Shown here: positions 1-13,978 of the stretch, piece after piece
Position numbering within the stretch: position 1 is the first letter of the stretch
Layout of the letters: each line of letters starts with the position of its first letter
Source of the DNA: Azolla caroliniana
Taxonomy: Eukaryota > Plantae > Polypodiophyta
Assembly: GCA_043228905.1 (NCBI GenBank)
Contig: JBHGNT010000016.1
Span: 1,364,001-1,428,000, forward strand
DNA: 64,000 nt
Reading direction: 5' to 3'
Notes under the pieces: generated by a model
The model's database searches: none
Told to the model about the DNA's origin: nothing
Seen by the model: the letters and a program-made list of their open reading frames with translations, nothing else
Position numbers and translations under genes: made by a program

Positions 1-644
1 TTTTATTACTAAGAAACCACTATGCTCGTTCTACTTTCTCGTGGGGTGCAGTATTATGGGGTGTCCTTCATGGAGATGTTATGAATTACGAACGTATGCA
101 TGCTTCTCATGTTTTTTACTTTTCCAATGGGTACATCTATCTCACTTCATTTCCATCTGTTATTCCTCGGTTTAGAACTGAAAATCTGGTTATTTGGCGT
201 ATTGTTACGTCACTAGCGCTGTGGATAATATGGAAAACGAGATGCGATGCTGTTTTTAATAATGCTCACATACATCTCAATAATATGCTTATTGAATTCT
301 GGTGGTTATTTGTCCACACCATACGTGGACAATATGATGATTTGCAGGGTACAACTGATGCTCAAAGGCAACAACAAGTGGACTTTAAGAAACGGTGGCG
401 AGGGCTTCACTTATTTTCAGATACGTCTCCTGGTATGAAGTGGAATTATTCCATTCCTCCTTTTTTATTGCATAGCTTGTAGATGGTGTTCCATTTGTTC
501 CTATTGTGATATCATCTGTATCATCAAATGTTGGTATTAGGTTTTGTATTACAATAGAGGTGAGATGAAATGTCTCCCTCTGTTTTCTATATGTACATTT
601 CTCAAGTAATTTACTAAGGTGTATCTTTAAAAAAAAAAAAAAAA
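1..644 (+). mobile_element. 3' end of an L1-clade LINE (ORF2 C-terminus, 3' UTR, poly(A))
   Basis: ORF 81-482 carries the LWIIWKTRC...FKKRW...WNY C-terminal block also seen in the L1 at 11314-11652; A16 tail at 629-644. Confidence 0.8.
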
Positions 645-1807
645 GTTTTACTTACAATAATTTAAACACAAGTGTTTCTTTCTGTCTTTTTGTATTTGAA
701 AATTGTTCCTCTTTTCATTTGGGCATATAGGTCATTCTCATTCTGACTTGGAGACCAATTTACTTGATCCATGACATGGTGGAGGTGAGGGAATATGCCA
801 CAGGGAATTTCATGGGAAGAGTGCTAATAACAAAATTCTATATGCTATGAAGATGCTTCATATTATTGGTAGGAAACCTCAATGTGAGGTAAAACAAAAA
901 CTATTTTTTTGGAAAAAAAAAAACAAAAACTATTAAAGCACAATGCGATGCTCCAAAATACTCCAAGAATAACTGAAATTTGCTAAGTGAAACATCATAG
1001 AGCTGGAGATACTCATGCAATTATGGTTTAAGGAACCGCTTACATAAGAAGAATTCATCTACAACAATTGGATTGAACTTTGAAGACCAAATGGTTACAT
1101 CATGTCCACATAATTGATAATCCCCAAAGTCTTAGTTCATTGAAAAATTGGATGTATTGTGAGGTAGCTTTGGGAACGAAACTAAATATCCAAAAATTCT
1201 TTCCAAAATGTCATGTTGAGAAATGACTAGAGGGGTGTTGCCTCACCCCGCCTCACACTTTCCAAATAATGGTACCAAATTTGAACCAAAATTACATCTC
1301 TTGGATCTTGTCTATGTGATTCTTCTTTGATGAATATTTATCTCAATTGGTAAAAGAACAAATAAGGAACCATAAGAACAATCTCTCTTTTAATGTCAAA
1401 ACATGTTAGATTCTTGCTTAGAAATTTTTTCTACTAAGAGTATGACTTAACTATGGTTTGTAGTTGCTCATTGTGACGTTTTATCCATGGAGCAATAAAT
1501 AATAATAATAAGCAATATATGTACCTTGTTGGCTGCAATTTAATTCATTGGTATGAGATGATAAAAAAGATAATGAAGATGGTATTGGTGCGATGACTCT
1601 CTTAGATAGAGGGATGCAAGAGGTGCCACCGCTTCAGAGCACAAAAGTATCGCGGGATCTATTTGAAGCGGGTCGGGAACGACCGGCTGAGAATCCCGTA
1701 GGGGATTTGCATCCTGCTGTGGAGACCATACCCCCCGAAATAGGTGTTAGGTTGCCCCATAACATGGGGATCGGCCCAAACATGGGCGTCAACATCACTG
1801 CTTTCGG

Positions 1808-2715
1808 ATGAGGATCCTAACGTGGAATGTACAGGGCCTTGGTGGAGGCTGACAACACCAAGAGTGCAGAAGACTTCAGGAGGAGCTGAATCCCCTTAAT
1901 ATAGGGGGCCATATTGACATATTGCTTTTGCAGGAACACCACCTCTTGCAAGAGCGAACTCAGAGCTTAGTAAACCCCTTGTCGGGTGGGTGGACCACAT
2001 GGTGGTCAGCTGCATAGGGTGACCTCCACCGAAGAGGAGGGGTCTGCATCTCGATCAACGATAAGGCCCGATACGAAGTAACATCATCTGGCACGCTGGT
2101 GGAGGTTCGGGCCTTATACGTGCTTCTGAAATGGAATCGCCTACAGGTTGGGGTGCTAAACATTTATGCCCCTAACTCAACCCCCGAGAGAGCAATCTTT
2201 TGGAGGATGTTAGCGACAACATTACCTGATGCCGAGGCTTGGGTAATGGCAGGTGATTTCAACATGACTGAACACCTGGGAGATAGGAAAGGAGAGACCC
2301 AGAGGCCTATTTATGGTGTGGAGCTGGATTCATGGGCTTTCCTAATTGGCAAAATCGGGGTGAAGGATACATGGGGCTCTTCCCTTAGGAGAAGCTCACA
2401 TTCGTTGCACTTTTCCAAAGCCGTCGGGAATGCTAGGGGCGGTAGTCTTGCATGACTAGATCACATATACATCAGCTCATCCCTCGAAGAGCTTGGGGGC
2501 TCCTTTGCTATCTTGGCAGGTCTTACCTTTTCAGATCATCACCCAGTGAGACTAGACCTTAACCCACCCAACGATAGCAAGGGCAGTCTCAATGTGAAGA
2601 TCCCCACAAAGATCATGAAGAGTGAAGAGGTGAAGGCCGGTTTACAAAGTATATGGCAAGACACCATGGGCAGTGAATCAGCCATCGAAGATTTACAGAA
2701 AAAATTGGCCCTCTC
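1808..2715 (+). pseudogene. L1 ORF2 endonuclease (APE) domain, with stops and frameshifts
   Basis: ATG at 1808; APE motifs across ORFs 2099-2455 and 2513-2770; cut by the copia insertion at 2716. Confidence 0.85.
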
Positions 2716-3021
2716 TGTTGTAGACAAGGCCGTCAATGCGGAAGATCTAGTAGCGTTCTGTTCGTGTTGAATACCTGCATATGACAGTTTCCAAGATCGT
2801 GCACAGAGATAGAGAGAGAGAGAGAGAGAGAGGAGGCACACAAGACTCTTTCTATTCCATAGAAACAATAATACAACCAACCTTACAAAAAGGTTACAAG
2901 GTCACTTTATATAGTGACCGACTTAGGGCAACTACCATTTATGCTAATTACACAAATGGCCCAAACTTGATCTATACAAAGGGATAGTGTGAATACGTCC
3001 ATTATACACTTGTATTCGACA
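2716..3021 (-). repeat. Copia 3' LTR (306 bp)
   Basis: Direct repeat of 7935-8242, TG...CA termini. Confidence 0.95.
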
Positions 3022-3214
3022 CTCCCCCGTAATGGGCGTATACATGAGTTATCTAAGATTACAGGTATAAACCTAGGTTCTCTGACATATCAGTTTTGTT
3101 CGAGTCGGCAGGGTCCGAAGGCAGAAGACCGAACTGGTCGGGTCGGAAGAGTTGAAGCCGATCATTAAGGAACTGATGTCGGTTGTCTGAAACCATCCCG
3201 CGCTGTGTCCGGCT

Positions 3215-6200
3215 CTAACCGGACTGGTTTGTCGTTACGCCCATCTGATGCCGAAGAGACCGAAAACGGTCTGCCGAAAGACACTTGGTCATTCCATCTG
3301 CGACATTGTCGGTTGTGGATATTTTCTCTAGACCGATTTTCCCTGAAATGACGCAGTCCCGAACGAAGTGATATCGAACGTCGATATGTTTGGAGGCGTT
3401 GTGGTGAACCGGATTTTTCGACAAGGCAACAACACCTTGACTGTCGCTATAGACAACTGGGGCCGAGTCATGGTCGACTTGTCGAAACGTGTGCGCCAGC
3501 CGGCCGAGCCACAAAGCTTCTTTTGCAGCGTCGGACGCAGCTACATATTCTGCTTCGGTCGTTGAGGTCGCTGTGCACTCCTGAAGTTTCGACTTCCACG
3601 AAATTGCTCCATTGCCGAATTTGAAGCAGTATCCAGTTGTTGATTTCCGACTGTCTATACAGCCGGCGAAGTCCGAGTCGGTGTAACCGACTACGCCTGA
3701 GGTTCGGTTTGGACCGAAAAGAATGCTGTGGTCTTTTGTGCCAGCCAAATATTTGAACACATGCTTGACTGCGTTCCAATGCGATCGGCCAGGATTGTGC
3801 ATAAATTTGCTAACGACTCCTACGGCATGAGAGATATCAGGCCGTGTCGCGACCATCAGGTACATAAGGGAGCCGACTGCCGGTGCATATGGTACCGACT
3901 TCATATCTTCCCCCTCCGAACCGGATGTCGGGCAGTCTCGCTGAGAGAGCCGAAGATTCATGGGGAGCGGGGTTGAAGCAGATTTGGCTGATTGCATGTT
4001 GAAGCGTTCCAAGACACGTCCGATATAGTCGGTCTGAGACAAAAAAAGATGTCGTTTATCACGATGCCGACTAATCTTCATGCCGAGTATGTGTCGTGCC
4101 GGACCGAGGTCCTTCATGACAAACTTCAACCGCAGTTGCCGAATGAGATCGGCAAGTTCGCCCGCGTGGCGTCCAGAAATTAGCATGTCGTCCACGTAAA
4201 TGATGAGGAAGATGGGTGATCCATCTTGAGCTGTGTTGGTAAAAAGACAATGGTCCTCATTGCTTTTTGAGAAGCCGATCGATTGGATGAAGTCGTCGAA
4301 CTTCTTGTACCATTGTCGCGGTGCCTGTTTGAGGCCGTATAGACTCTTCCTGAGTCGGCAGACTAGATGTTCTTGGCCAATTGCCACGAAGCCTTTTGGC
4401 TGCTCCATATAAATTTCCTCTTCAAGATCGCCATGGAGGAAGGCTGTTTTGACATCTAGCTGAATCAGCTCCAAGTTGTCGGCTGCCACTACGCCGAGTA
4501 GAAAACGAAGGGTTGTCATTTTCACCACTGGTGAAAAAATCTCGTCGAAGTCGACGCCATATTCTTGTCTGAAGCCCTTCGCAACTAATCTGGCCTTGTA
4601 CTTTGGGGTGGTCGAATCAGACGTCTCTTTTAGTCGATAGACCCACTTGCAAGGAAGAGCACGTCGATTCTTAGGTAATTCGACCAGATCCCAAGTCTTG
4701 TTTGCCTGAATGGAGTGCATTTCCGACTCCATCGCCAGATGCCAGGTGGCTGAATCGACAGATGTCGATGCTTCTTCATAAGACGTCGGTTCGCCGGCGT
4801 CGGTGAAGAAAATTCCAGGAGAATACCTCTCCGGAGGTTGCGACAGTCTCTCGGATCGTCGAGGTATAATTGGACTGGTCGTATCAGGTATCGAGGTCGG
4901 ATGGTCCGAAAGCGAATTATTCTGCTGTGCCGAGTCGGAGTTGTCCGAGTCGGTAGTGTAAGGTTCAGCTACCTGTGAAGCTGACCGTGTGTTAAGAGCG
5001 GGGCCTTCTTGAAGGGTCGGCACATCGGAAAATGTTACCCTTCGGACTTCGATCGGTGTTTCGACTGATGGAGTCATAGCCGACTCGTTGAACACAACGT
5101 CCGAACTTCGAACGATTTGTCTGCGTTCGGGGTCCCAGAGTCGGTATCCCATTTCGCCGTCTGATCCATATCCAAGGAAAATGCATTTCCTGGACCGAGG
5201 TGCAAGTTTTCGGCGATCATCTTTCGGAATAAGGGCGTACGCCTCGCATCCGAAGATCCTCAGCTTGTCGTAATTCGGCTTGCTGCCGATCCATAGTTCC
5301 TGAGGAATTTGAAGTCCTAGAGGTCTGCTTGGCGACATATTGATTATGTGTACTGCCGTGAGTAGAGCCTCTGCCCAGAAGCCATCCGACAGTCCGGAGT
5401 GTTGGAGCATGGAAACTATCTGTTCTTGGATTGTCCGATTCATGCGTTCTGCAATCCCGTTTTGCTCCGGACTGTGTGGTGCCGTAAATTCACGTCGGAT
5501 GCCGCGTTGTCGGCAGAATTTGACGAATTTTTCTGATTTGAACTCTCCCCCATTGTCGGTCCGAAAGCATTTCAGTTTTCGGTCAGTTTGATTTTCTACC
5601 ATAGCGAGCCAATCGGAGAAGATCGAGAAGACACGATCTTTGGTACGAATTGGATAAGCCCACACCTTTCGAGTCGAATCGTCAATAAAACTGACGAAGT
5701 AAGAGGCACCGCCGAGAGACTGATGCGGCATTGGGCCACAGACGTCCGAGTGGACTAAATCGAGAGGTCTCGTTTCTCTTGGTGCTGATGTCGGGTGTGA
5801 TGCGGCTGCTTGTTTGCCATACTGGCAATGTTCGCAGAATTGATGGTCCGAGAAGGAGAGTTTAGGGATGTATCCGGCTCTAGATAGGTGCGTAATGCCG
5901 GCCTTGCTGAGGTGTCCTAATCTTCTGTGCCATAGTGATGACACAGGAATGTCCACCAAAAACAGGTTACCCTCTCTGAGCGTAACATGTAACGGATACA
6001 GTGAGTGTATCTTGGGTCCTCTAGCAAGCAGGAGGTTCCCCCTGTGGAGTGTCCACCCTCCCGAAGAAAAACCGGCACGAATGCCGTCTTCATCTAGTTG
6101 TCCGACTGAGATCAATGGCCTTGAGAGCTCGGGTACATGTCGGACATTGTGAAGTACAAGTGTAGAGCCACCTGCAAGGTTGAGCTCTACTGTGCCGATT

Positions 6201-7249
6201 CCAATGATGTCACAGTGTTGCGAGTTGCCGACTCGAACTGAGTCGGAGTGACGGATCGTATATTGCCGAAATTGGGATCGATGAGGAGTCACGTGAAATG
6301 ACGCGTCCGAATCTAAGAGCCATGTGCTCGATTCTTCAGTCGTGAGCAGAACTTCTGATCCGACTGGATTTTCGATTGATAGTATATTCGGGTCGTTTGG
6401 TAGCACATCAGCTGAGAAGCTGACGTAATTGATCTCCTCATGCCGGCCACTCTTCTTGTCTGATTTCTGAGACTTGTCGTTCTTGTTCTTGAGTGCGCGG
6501 CAGTCGGCTTTGATGTGTCCGGGTTTCTTGCAATAGTTGCAGATTCGATTGTCCCGTGACTGGCTCCGTCTTCGCTGATTGTTCGGCTGCCTTGAGGAAT
6601 CTCTTCCTCGTATGTTCGATCGGTCTGTCGAACCTTGTACTACATAAGCGTCGTCTGTTGAGTCTTTGGCGAAAGACTTTCTCCGAGCTGCTTCGGTCAG
6701 GATTGCGCTCGTGACTTCGGAGTATTTAATAGCCGTGGTTGACGCGTTGCACACGGTTGTGACGAAAGTTTCCCATGATGAGGGAAGGCTGCTCATGAGT
6801 ATCATTGCTCTAAGTTCATCCTCGATTGCCGTCCCCTAAGATGAGATTTGGGATCTTATGCTTTCGTACTCATTGAGATGTGCTTGAACCGAATCTGATT
6901 CTTTCATCCGCAAGTTGTAGAGGCGCCGGATCAGAAACATCTTTGTTGCAGCGACCTTCTTTTCGTAGGTGTCCGACAGTGTTTTCCACAGTTCGAATGC
7001 TGTCGTACACGATTGCACCGTAAAGTATACCGATTCCGATAGGTGCATCCGAATCGTGGCGCGGACGATTCTGTCCAGCTTCTGCCACTCAATTGGTTTG
7101 TATCCTTCTGGAGGTTCTTCATTTTCGATGGGATCGATTTGCCCCTTGACTATGAGATAGTCCTGCATTTGCTCCTTCCAGAAATTGAAGTTCGATCCAT
7201 CGAACTTTCGTAGACTCATTTCTGACGAGCCGGATGTTGATGCCATCAA
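3215..7249 (-). CDS. Copia gag-pol polyprotein, split by one in-frame TAG at 6838-6836
   Basis: ORFs 6836-7249 and 3215-6805 share a frame; CCHC knuckle CNYCKKPGHIKADC, PR WLLDSDAS, LWHRRLGH, integrase HSDVCGP/TDNGGEF, RT YVDD, RNase H TDSDFAG...KHIDVRYH. Confidence 0.92.
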
Positions 7250-7934
7250 ATTTGGTTTCGGTTGACGAAGCTCGGTTCGGAGTTGACTACGAACCTTGTT
7301 GGAGTGCAGCCGGTTGGCTCACCCGATATCGTTCTAGTCGGATTTGAACCCGAGTCGGTTCGGCTTCGGATATATGTATTGTTGAACTTGCTCGAATTGA
7401 CTCCGGTAACTTGAGGGACAGAACCGACTGGTCTTCCCGAATGTTGCCGAGTCGGAGTGAGCCCGGTTCGCTTCCGAATATATATGCCGAATACCGATTA
7501 TTGAAACCGATTGTCTGGACCGATTCTGCTTCGGGTGACTGCAGCGACGAGAGAGACGGATCCAACTGATCCTCCCGAATGTCGATCAGCCGGATGAAGC
7601 ACGAATTGGGGTTGTTGTCTTGAGACTGATCTGCACCGAGTGGTTACAATGAGCGGCGAGCAGCGTTTGATGACCTCTTCGGATGCCGTTTAACCGAGTG
7701 GAGCACGATCGTGTCAATGTTGCACAAGGGGATTTCACCTCGAGCGGTTACGATCACAAGGAACAGAGTACAACCGGCTGGCTTACTCCAAGCGAAGATG
7801 ATCTAACGCGATGAGATGCAAGCCTCGTTTTTCTTCTTCTTCTCTCTTCTTCGAATGACGCAAGAAACCGAATCGCTATGCAGGCTGAGACGACGGCCGA
7901 CATCGGGTTGAGGAACCTCTGCTCTGATACCAGA

Positions 7935-8242
7935 TGTTGTAGACAAGGCCGTCAATGCGGAAGATCTAGTAGCGTTCTGTTCGTGTTGAATACCTGCGTA
8001 TGACAGTTTCCAAGATCGTGCACAGAGATAGAGAGAGAGAGAGAGAGAGAGAGGAGGCACACAAGACTCTTTCTATTCCATAGAAACAATAATACAACCA
8101 ACCTTACAAAAAGGTTACAAGGTCACTTTATATAGTGACCGACTTAGGGCAACTACCATTTATGCTAATTACACAAATGGCCCAAACTTGATCTATACAA
8201 AGGGATAGTGTGAATACGTCCATTATACACTTGTATTCGACA
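7935..8242 (-). repeat. Copia 5' LTR (308 bp)
   Basis: Direct repeat of 2716-3021, followed on the minus strand by the iMet PBS. Confidence 0.95.
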
Positions 8243-8247
8243 CTCTC

Positions 8248-11200
8248 CTCCTCCTTCTTATAACAGGAGACCAAGCGCGCCCTCCAGCAGGTTAGAGCCA
8301 TTGAAACAAAATTAAGGAAGGTTGTTGCGGCAGCGGAACGGTTGCTATAGGTAGACCCTGGCTGCACTTGGTCTAGAGCTAAGCAGGAGGAAGCAAAGAT
8401 GAAGGTACAGGAAAGGACTTTGGAGAAGAACCGAATGTTGTTTCGAAGAAACGCAACATGGTGGGCTAGAAAAGACGACAAGGTCAATCAACATTTCTTT
8501 CACTACAAGGCACCCAAGGGTGGTGGTGGACGTATACAAGGGTTGCGAAAACCAGACGGCTTGATAACGGAGGACAAGACTGAGATTCTGGAAATGGCAA
8601 CACAATATTATCGTGACCTCCTCGCACCTATGCATGTGAGGCAACACACGGAGCTGGCTGATCGAGTGATGTCTTGCATTCACCCCAAGGTAACCCAGGC
8701 GATGGAAGTTGTGCTCGATAGCCCCATCTCTCGTTTAGAACTCTCGGAGGCGCTTAGGGGATTGTGAAGGGGTGCATGCCCCGGCCCCGATGGTCTCTCA
8801 CGAGATTTCTTCGAGATTCATTGGGAATGTGTTATCCCGTCTTTGGAAGCCGGAGTTCAAGAGATTTGGTCCTCAGGAAAGATGCCAATTGGTGTGGCTG
8901 AGGGGATGATATATCTCATCCCCAAAGCGTTAGAGCGAAGCCTAGAGTTGCGCCAGTGGCGTCCAATCACGATCCTTAACACGACATACAAGATACTCGC
9001 TAAAGTCCTACCTCGGCAGTTAGCAAGCTTCTTACCGGACATCATACATGACAATCAAACTGGATTTATCAAGAACAGGTGTATCTTTGATAATGTGTTG
9101 CTTCTTTGGGAAGCTATGGCATTGGCCGGCCGCTCTGCATCGAGCTCGGCTATTCTGATGTTAGACTTCGAGAAGGCCTATGACAGGGTGTTATGGCCCT
9201 TTTTGGAAAATGTGATGAGAGATTTGGGCCTACCTCAAAAATGGAGGAATTGCACTTCTGCACTCTATTGGACAGCTACGAGTAGCGTGCTGATGGCTGG
9301 TTCTAGGGGACCCGCCTTCCAACTACAACGCTTAGTGAGGCAAGGTTGTCCCCTAGCCCCATATCTCTATCTCTTTGTAATTGAGGCTTTCTCCGCCTAC
9401 TTACAAGCACCAACCAACGGGATGCGGGGATTGCCCATCCCCAATGCGACTGAAGATTTGCTGTTATCTAAATATGCCGACGATACGGTTCTTTTCTTGC
9501 AAGGTGATGAGGAGAATTTGCAGCGGGCTGAACATCTTGTCGAGGACTTTTGTCAGGCGGCTGGTGCCGAGATCAATTGGAATAAAACCCAAGGCCTATG
9601 GTTCAGCGAACAAGAGAAACCAAGATGGCAACCCCATGCCGATTTTATGTGGGTCCCTGATGGGACGACGTTCAAGTACCTTGGATTTACGATGGGGAGG
9701 TCAATCCCCAAGGGAGCGCAATTGGCTCACGTACAAGCCAAAATAAATAGGAAGTTGACCCAATGGAGTAGATCTAAACTATCCTTCGCTGGTAGGGTCC
9801 TTGTTGCGAACCAAGTGCTGCTCGCTACCATCTGGCACTCAGTCTCCTGCTGGATTATGGACCCTGCAGGTCTGCACGCGATTAAGGCTGCATCAAGGGG
9901 TTTATATGGTCAGGTAAGGACAACCAAAGGGCTGCTGCCAGAGTGTCATGGTGTTGGTTAACGCAACCGCGGGCCAAAGGGTGGCTTGGCCTCATAGACC
10001 CCTTAATGTAGAGTCATTCATTGCTGGCTAAAATGGTGGTTCACTGCCTCCTGCCAAGTAAGGGGTGCTGGAAGGTACTACTTCGCAACAGGCTGCAAGC
10101 AAGGACTCCCAAGTATGGTAGGCCTTGGCCCGACTCCTTGAATTGGTGTTGCATGGGCGGAGTCGCATCCAAGCTAGCTTGCCATCCGGAGGACAGGGTC
10201 GCGAACTCCATCTTGCGGGCATGGTGCCATCTATGACAACATTTGGTCAAACACACCCCGGAGACATTGACCGAATGGACTAGACAACCACTATTTTGGA
10301 ATCCTCACGTGCGAACAAGTGACGTCACGATGCTAGGGTAACTTAAGGGCCTAACATGGGGAAAGCTAGCATAAACAGGCCTCCTATCTATAAACGATTG
10401 GAGACGCATGGTTGTTTCAGGAAGAGCCCAAGAGGACCTTTTCCCTCCCCTCAAGGGAGCTACGAAAATGCGGAGACTGATAGCTGAGGCAGTTGACAGG
10501 GTTCCGATGGGGGAGGCGAGAGAACATGCATGGTTCGGTCTCTTGGACGAGGTTGGAATGGTCAAGTCGCTAAAGGGTGTGAGGGGATCGGGGAGAGATA
10601 CAGTTTTGGGGGATAGTCAGAGCAGGGGCTCTTGGCACCCAATTCGAGTGGTGGCACAGGTTGACAACATCTGGAAGACAGACTCAGATGTTGCTAAGGT
10701 GGAACCCCATTGGAGGTTAAGGGTATATGGCTATCGCCCCCTTGTCGATCTGGATTGGGACCCAAGGGATTTCAGATGGAAACATGACGATAGACTCCAT
10801 CACTTCTTCGATTACACCACTAAATTGGGTCGGACTTTGCAGCTGCAGCTAGGCAGTCCCCTTCGCAATGGCTGGCGAACATTGGGCATCCCCGATGAGG
10901 CGCTCATTACCTTTTGGAAAGGTCTCTGGCGTCTCCACATGCTTGAAAAGATCAAGCTCTTTTGGTGGCAGATCGGTCATAATGTGGTGCCCGTTGGCGA
11001 ATGGCTAGATAAACGTGGCGGCCCATTATGCTGCCCACTGTGCTCTCGACCTATTGAGACTCTGAGACATTGTTTGTGGGATTATCCTCAAGTCCAAAAG
11101 ATCTGGGATAGAGTGACTCGCCTCCTTGCGGCATGTGAAGTTGAAGGAACAACCTCGTGGAGCGTTGCGGCATGGATTGATCACTCGGGCAAAGGGTGGA

Positions 11201-11652
11201 CAGGCACCATCAATGCAGACAGTTGGTGCTATGTATGCACGAGAGGCAAAATCGTCAAGATCCGTTTCGAAAGAGGCTTGCAACCTGCATCCCCTAGGTT
11301 TCCAGAAATCTAGATGCTGATCGCAAGTTTCACCTTGTGGTATATATGGAAAGTGCGTTGCCTCAAGGTTTTCCAAGGTACAGTACGACCCCCGGAGGAA
11401 GTGATCATGGACATATGGTTCGCGATTATTAGCTGCCTACGAAGGCAACTGGAAGAGATTTGCAGCCACTCCAACAACGTGGTCTCTGCCCGTTTGTGCT
11501 TTTGGCAGAAATGGCGGAACACACCTATGGTGATGCAAGGCGGGAGTGGCCCGAGGTGGAATTACCAGCCCCCACGCTGGTTGTTTCCTACTCACATGCC
11601 ACCCTCTTTTCGTTGTAGGCCCCAAGAGCCGACTCGTACTAGGCAACATTGA
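8248..11652 (+). pseudogene. L1 ORF2 reverse transcriptase and C-terminal zinc-finger region, with stops
   Basis: ORFs 8399-8767, 8843-9961 (RT core), 10021-10236, 10408-11313 and 11314-11652 are collinear pieces of one ORF2. Confidence 0.9.
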
Positions 11653-13978
11653 AGGGCATCGCCTTAGATATAGGTAGCTTCTTACATTAAGTTAGGCCTC
11701 AAGGCATTGTAAGTAGGCTCATCTTCTTTTACTTGATCGGAGGAAGACTCCCCGATGTGTGTATAAGTCTCCTTGTAGACTCTCTATGTAATAATCCTTC
11801 CTAACTAATGGGAAAGTAGCTTCATTTTGGGAAAAAAAAAAGATGCTATTGGCCATATATAGGCTCCATTTGGGGCTTTCTTATATGTACTTAAATGTTA
11901 TTCACAACAAGGTTTTCGCTTAAGACATAATATGAGTGCACAAGCTTAGATGTGTGGGGCATAAGCTAGCCTTACCCGAACACCCTTCCTTGTAAACCAA
12001 AAGCCGATGAGGTATTTTTCTTTGCATTTGCCATTTACCACACCACAGTTGAAAAAGACCTCCATGTGAAGTGAATTTGGGTTCTCATTTGGAGTATGGG
12101 TTCTTTGTTTGCTTTGAGCATGTGTTTTGGGTAGCACAATAATTAAAACTTTTAGGATTTTCCATAATATTGTGATATCTGAGTATTTAGTAGCTTTGTG
12201 GGATTAGGAGAAATCAACTTGATTGTAACTTAAAGATAGTTCCTAAACTCATCAACATATTTATAAATAGATTGATTTGTTGGACTTGTGGAGTCTCACT
12301 TTGTATTTAGTTTGATAATAGAGATTTTAGGAAATTCCACAATGTGGGGATACCTCAACGAGGAAAATATCATTTAGTGGCTTGGTGCAGTTAGGAAAGG
12401 TTATCATGTTTGTTAGCTCAATAGTAGTGTCTAAACTCATTTCAAATATTTATATATAGATTGATTTAGTTTGACTTATGGAGCCTCATTTTACACAAAT
12501 GTATAAATAGATTGTTTTGTTGGAATTTAGTTGAACAAAAAACAATTGATAGGATTTAGTCTACTTCGCTACTTGGATTTTATTGATTGAATAGAAAAGA
12601 GGATTTATGCAAAAAATGAGATTATAAAGTACTTGATGTGAATAACAAGTCTTGTAACTCAATAATGGTTACAATGTATTTGAAGGGAGCAAACAATGAG
12701 ATGAAGAAGATAGAGAGTGCACTTACCTATCAGAGGAAACACAATTATGTGTGTGTCTAAAGAACATGTGAGAGAATGTTTATGTATGAAAAGGATGAGA
12801 GAAATTTTATGTATAGAAATATTGTGAAATTAAATAAATATAGGTTTGCAAAGAGGGTCTCTAAAAACCCATTTTAAAACAATATGAGATGGAAAATAGA
12901 CACAAGAAAGATGAAACAATAAGAAAAGAAAACAAAATGTTAAATGGATAACACAATGTGATACATTGCTTCTTATTTGCAAACACATTCATAGATTAGA
13001 ATACAACGTACTTTTGTGCTTATAAAAAAATTCAAAATTATGAATAGAAAAGAGCTTTGGCAATTTTCTAGAAGCCTTCTATTAGGCTTCACAGAAACTT
13101 CTAGCATTAGGCTTCCCAACAAGTTGGCTTCTTCTTTAAACACACAATGCTAATAAGAGAAATTGGTTTAAATAGTGAGAGGAAGGAATGGTAGTTCAAA
13201 ATTTGGGCCCAAATATGTTGTATGGGACAACCATAAAAGGCATCGTGTGTGACAGAATTGGACAATGACATAAAAGAGGGGCAAAATATTCAAACCTTAC
13301 AGTATTATTTTCAAACATTGGTTCTAGTAAGCAAACATGTAATGCCAAATGTTAAGGACCAAGCTATTAGTGTGCATGATGTCAAACTAGAATTATGATC
13401 GACCTCAAACACTGCTTAAGACAACCTTTAGATCCAATAAGCAAATCCATAATGTAGTTAACCTATAATCAATTGTTTTTTCCGGCTTGACTATTGAAGT
13501 GTCTTATTTCACACATAAGGTAATGCTTTCATGTTGTGCTTTGGAATGCTAGCTTTTTGTATATGGTGGAGAGTGCTGATGCAATTGGTTGTAGTCAATT
13601 GCACATTTATTTATAATTGAAATTGCATAAAATCTAGTTGATTTCATAGGATTAAAAATACTATAATGTACAAAGGATTTTGAATTTTGCAATATACATT
13701 CTAAGCTTCTTACATCCACTAAAAATGCTTTTATTCCCCATACCCATTTCACAAACCTTATTGATAATGGGGGAGAAAATAAGAGATGAATCAATTGGAA
13801 TGAAGCCATAAAGAACAATGAGCACATTATATTATGGTAGTGCATCATCGTTTACATCATTTATTTGCGATCAAATAGAAAATAGAATCTTCAAAAGAAT
13901 AATGAAATAGAACCAAAACACTAATTTACTCTCTATATAGACAAAACTACAGCCTCACATTGGATTGATCAATTTCTA

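Larger units (their letters stand above)
2716..8242 (-). mobile_element. Full-length Ty1/copia LTR retrotransposon, young insertion
   Basis: TG...CA LTRs at 2716-3021 and 7935-8242 differing by about one substitution and one (AG) unit; TSD CTCTC (2711-2715, 8243-8247); tRNA-iMet PBS TGGTATCAGAGC (7921-7932, minus); PPT next to 3022; domain order gag-PR-INT-RT-RH. Confidence 0.97.
1589..11839 (+). mobile_element. 5'-truncated, decayed L1-clade LINE (ORF1 tail + ORF2 APE-RT-zinc finger), interrupted by a copia element
   Basis: APE motifs MRILTWNVQGL (1808), DILLLQEHHL, NIYAPN, GDFN, SDH; RT motifs WRPITILN, LDFEKAYDRV, QGCPLAP, YADD, YLG; CPLC..ETLRHC finger; poly(A) 11832-11841; TSD aagatggtattgg (1576-1588) / aagatgctattgg (11840-11852). 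Confidence 0.93.

Noticed and set aside
700-1500. Possible gypsy integrase relic
   Set aside because: Only faint motif echoes; too decayed to support by eye.
3368-7565. Short ORFs overlapping the copia interior
   Set aside because: Antisense or alternate-frame by-products of a GC-balanced coding region.
11900-13500. Possible old LTR with TTCTAGAA motifs near 13065
   Set aside because: No boundaries, TSD or second copy found.
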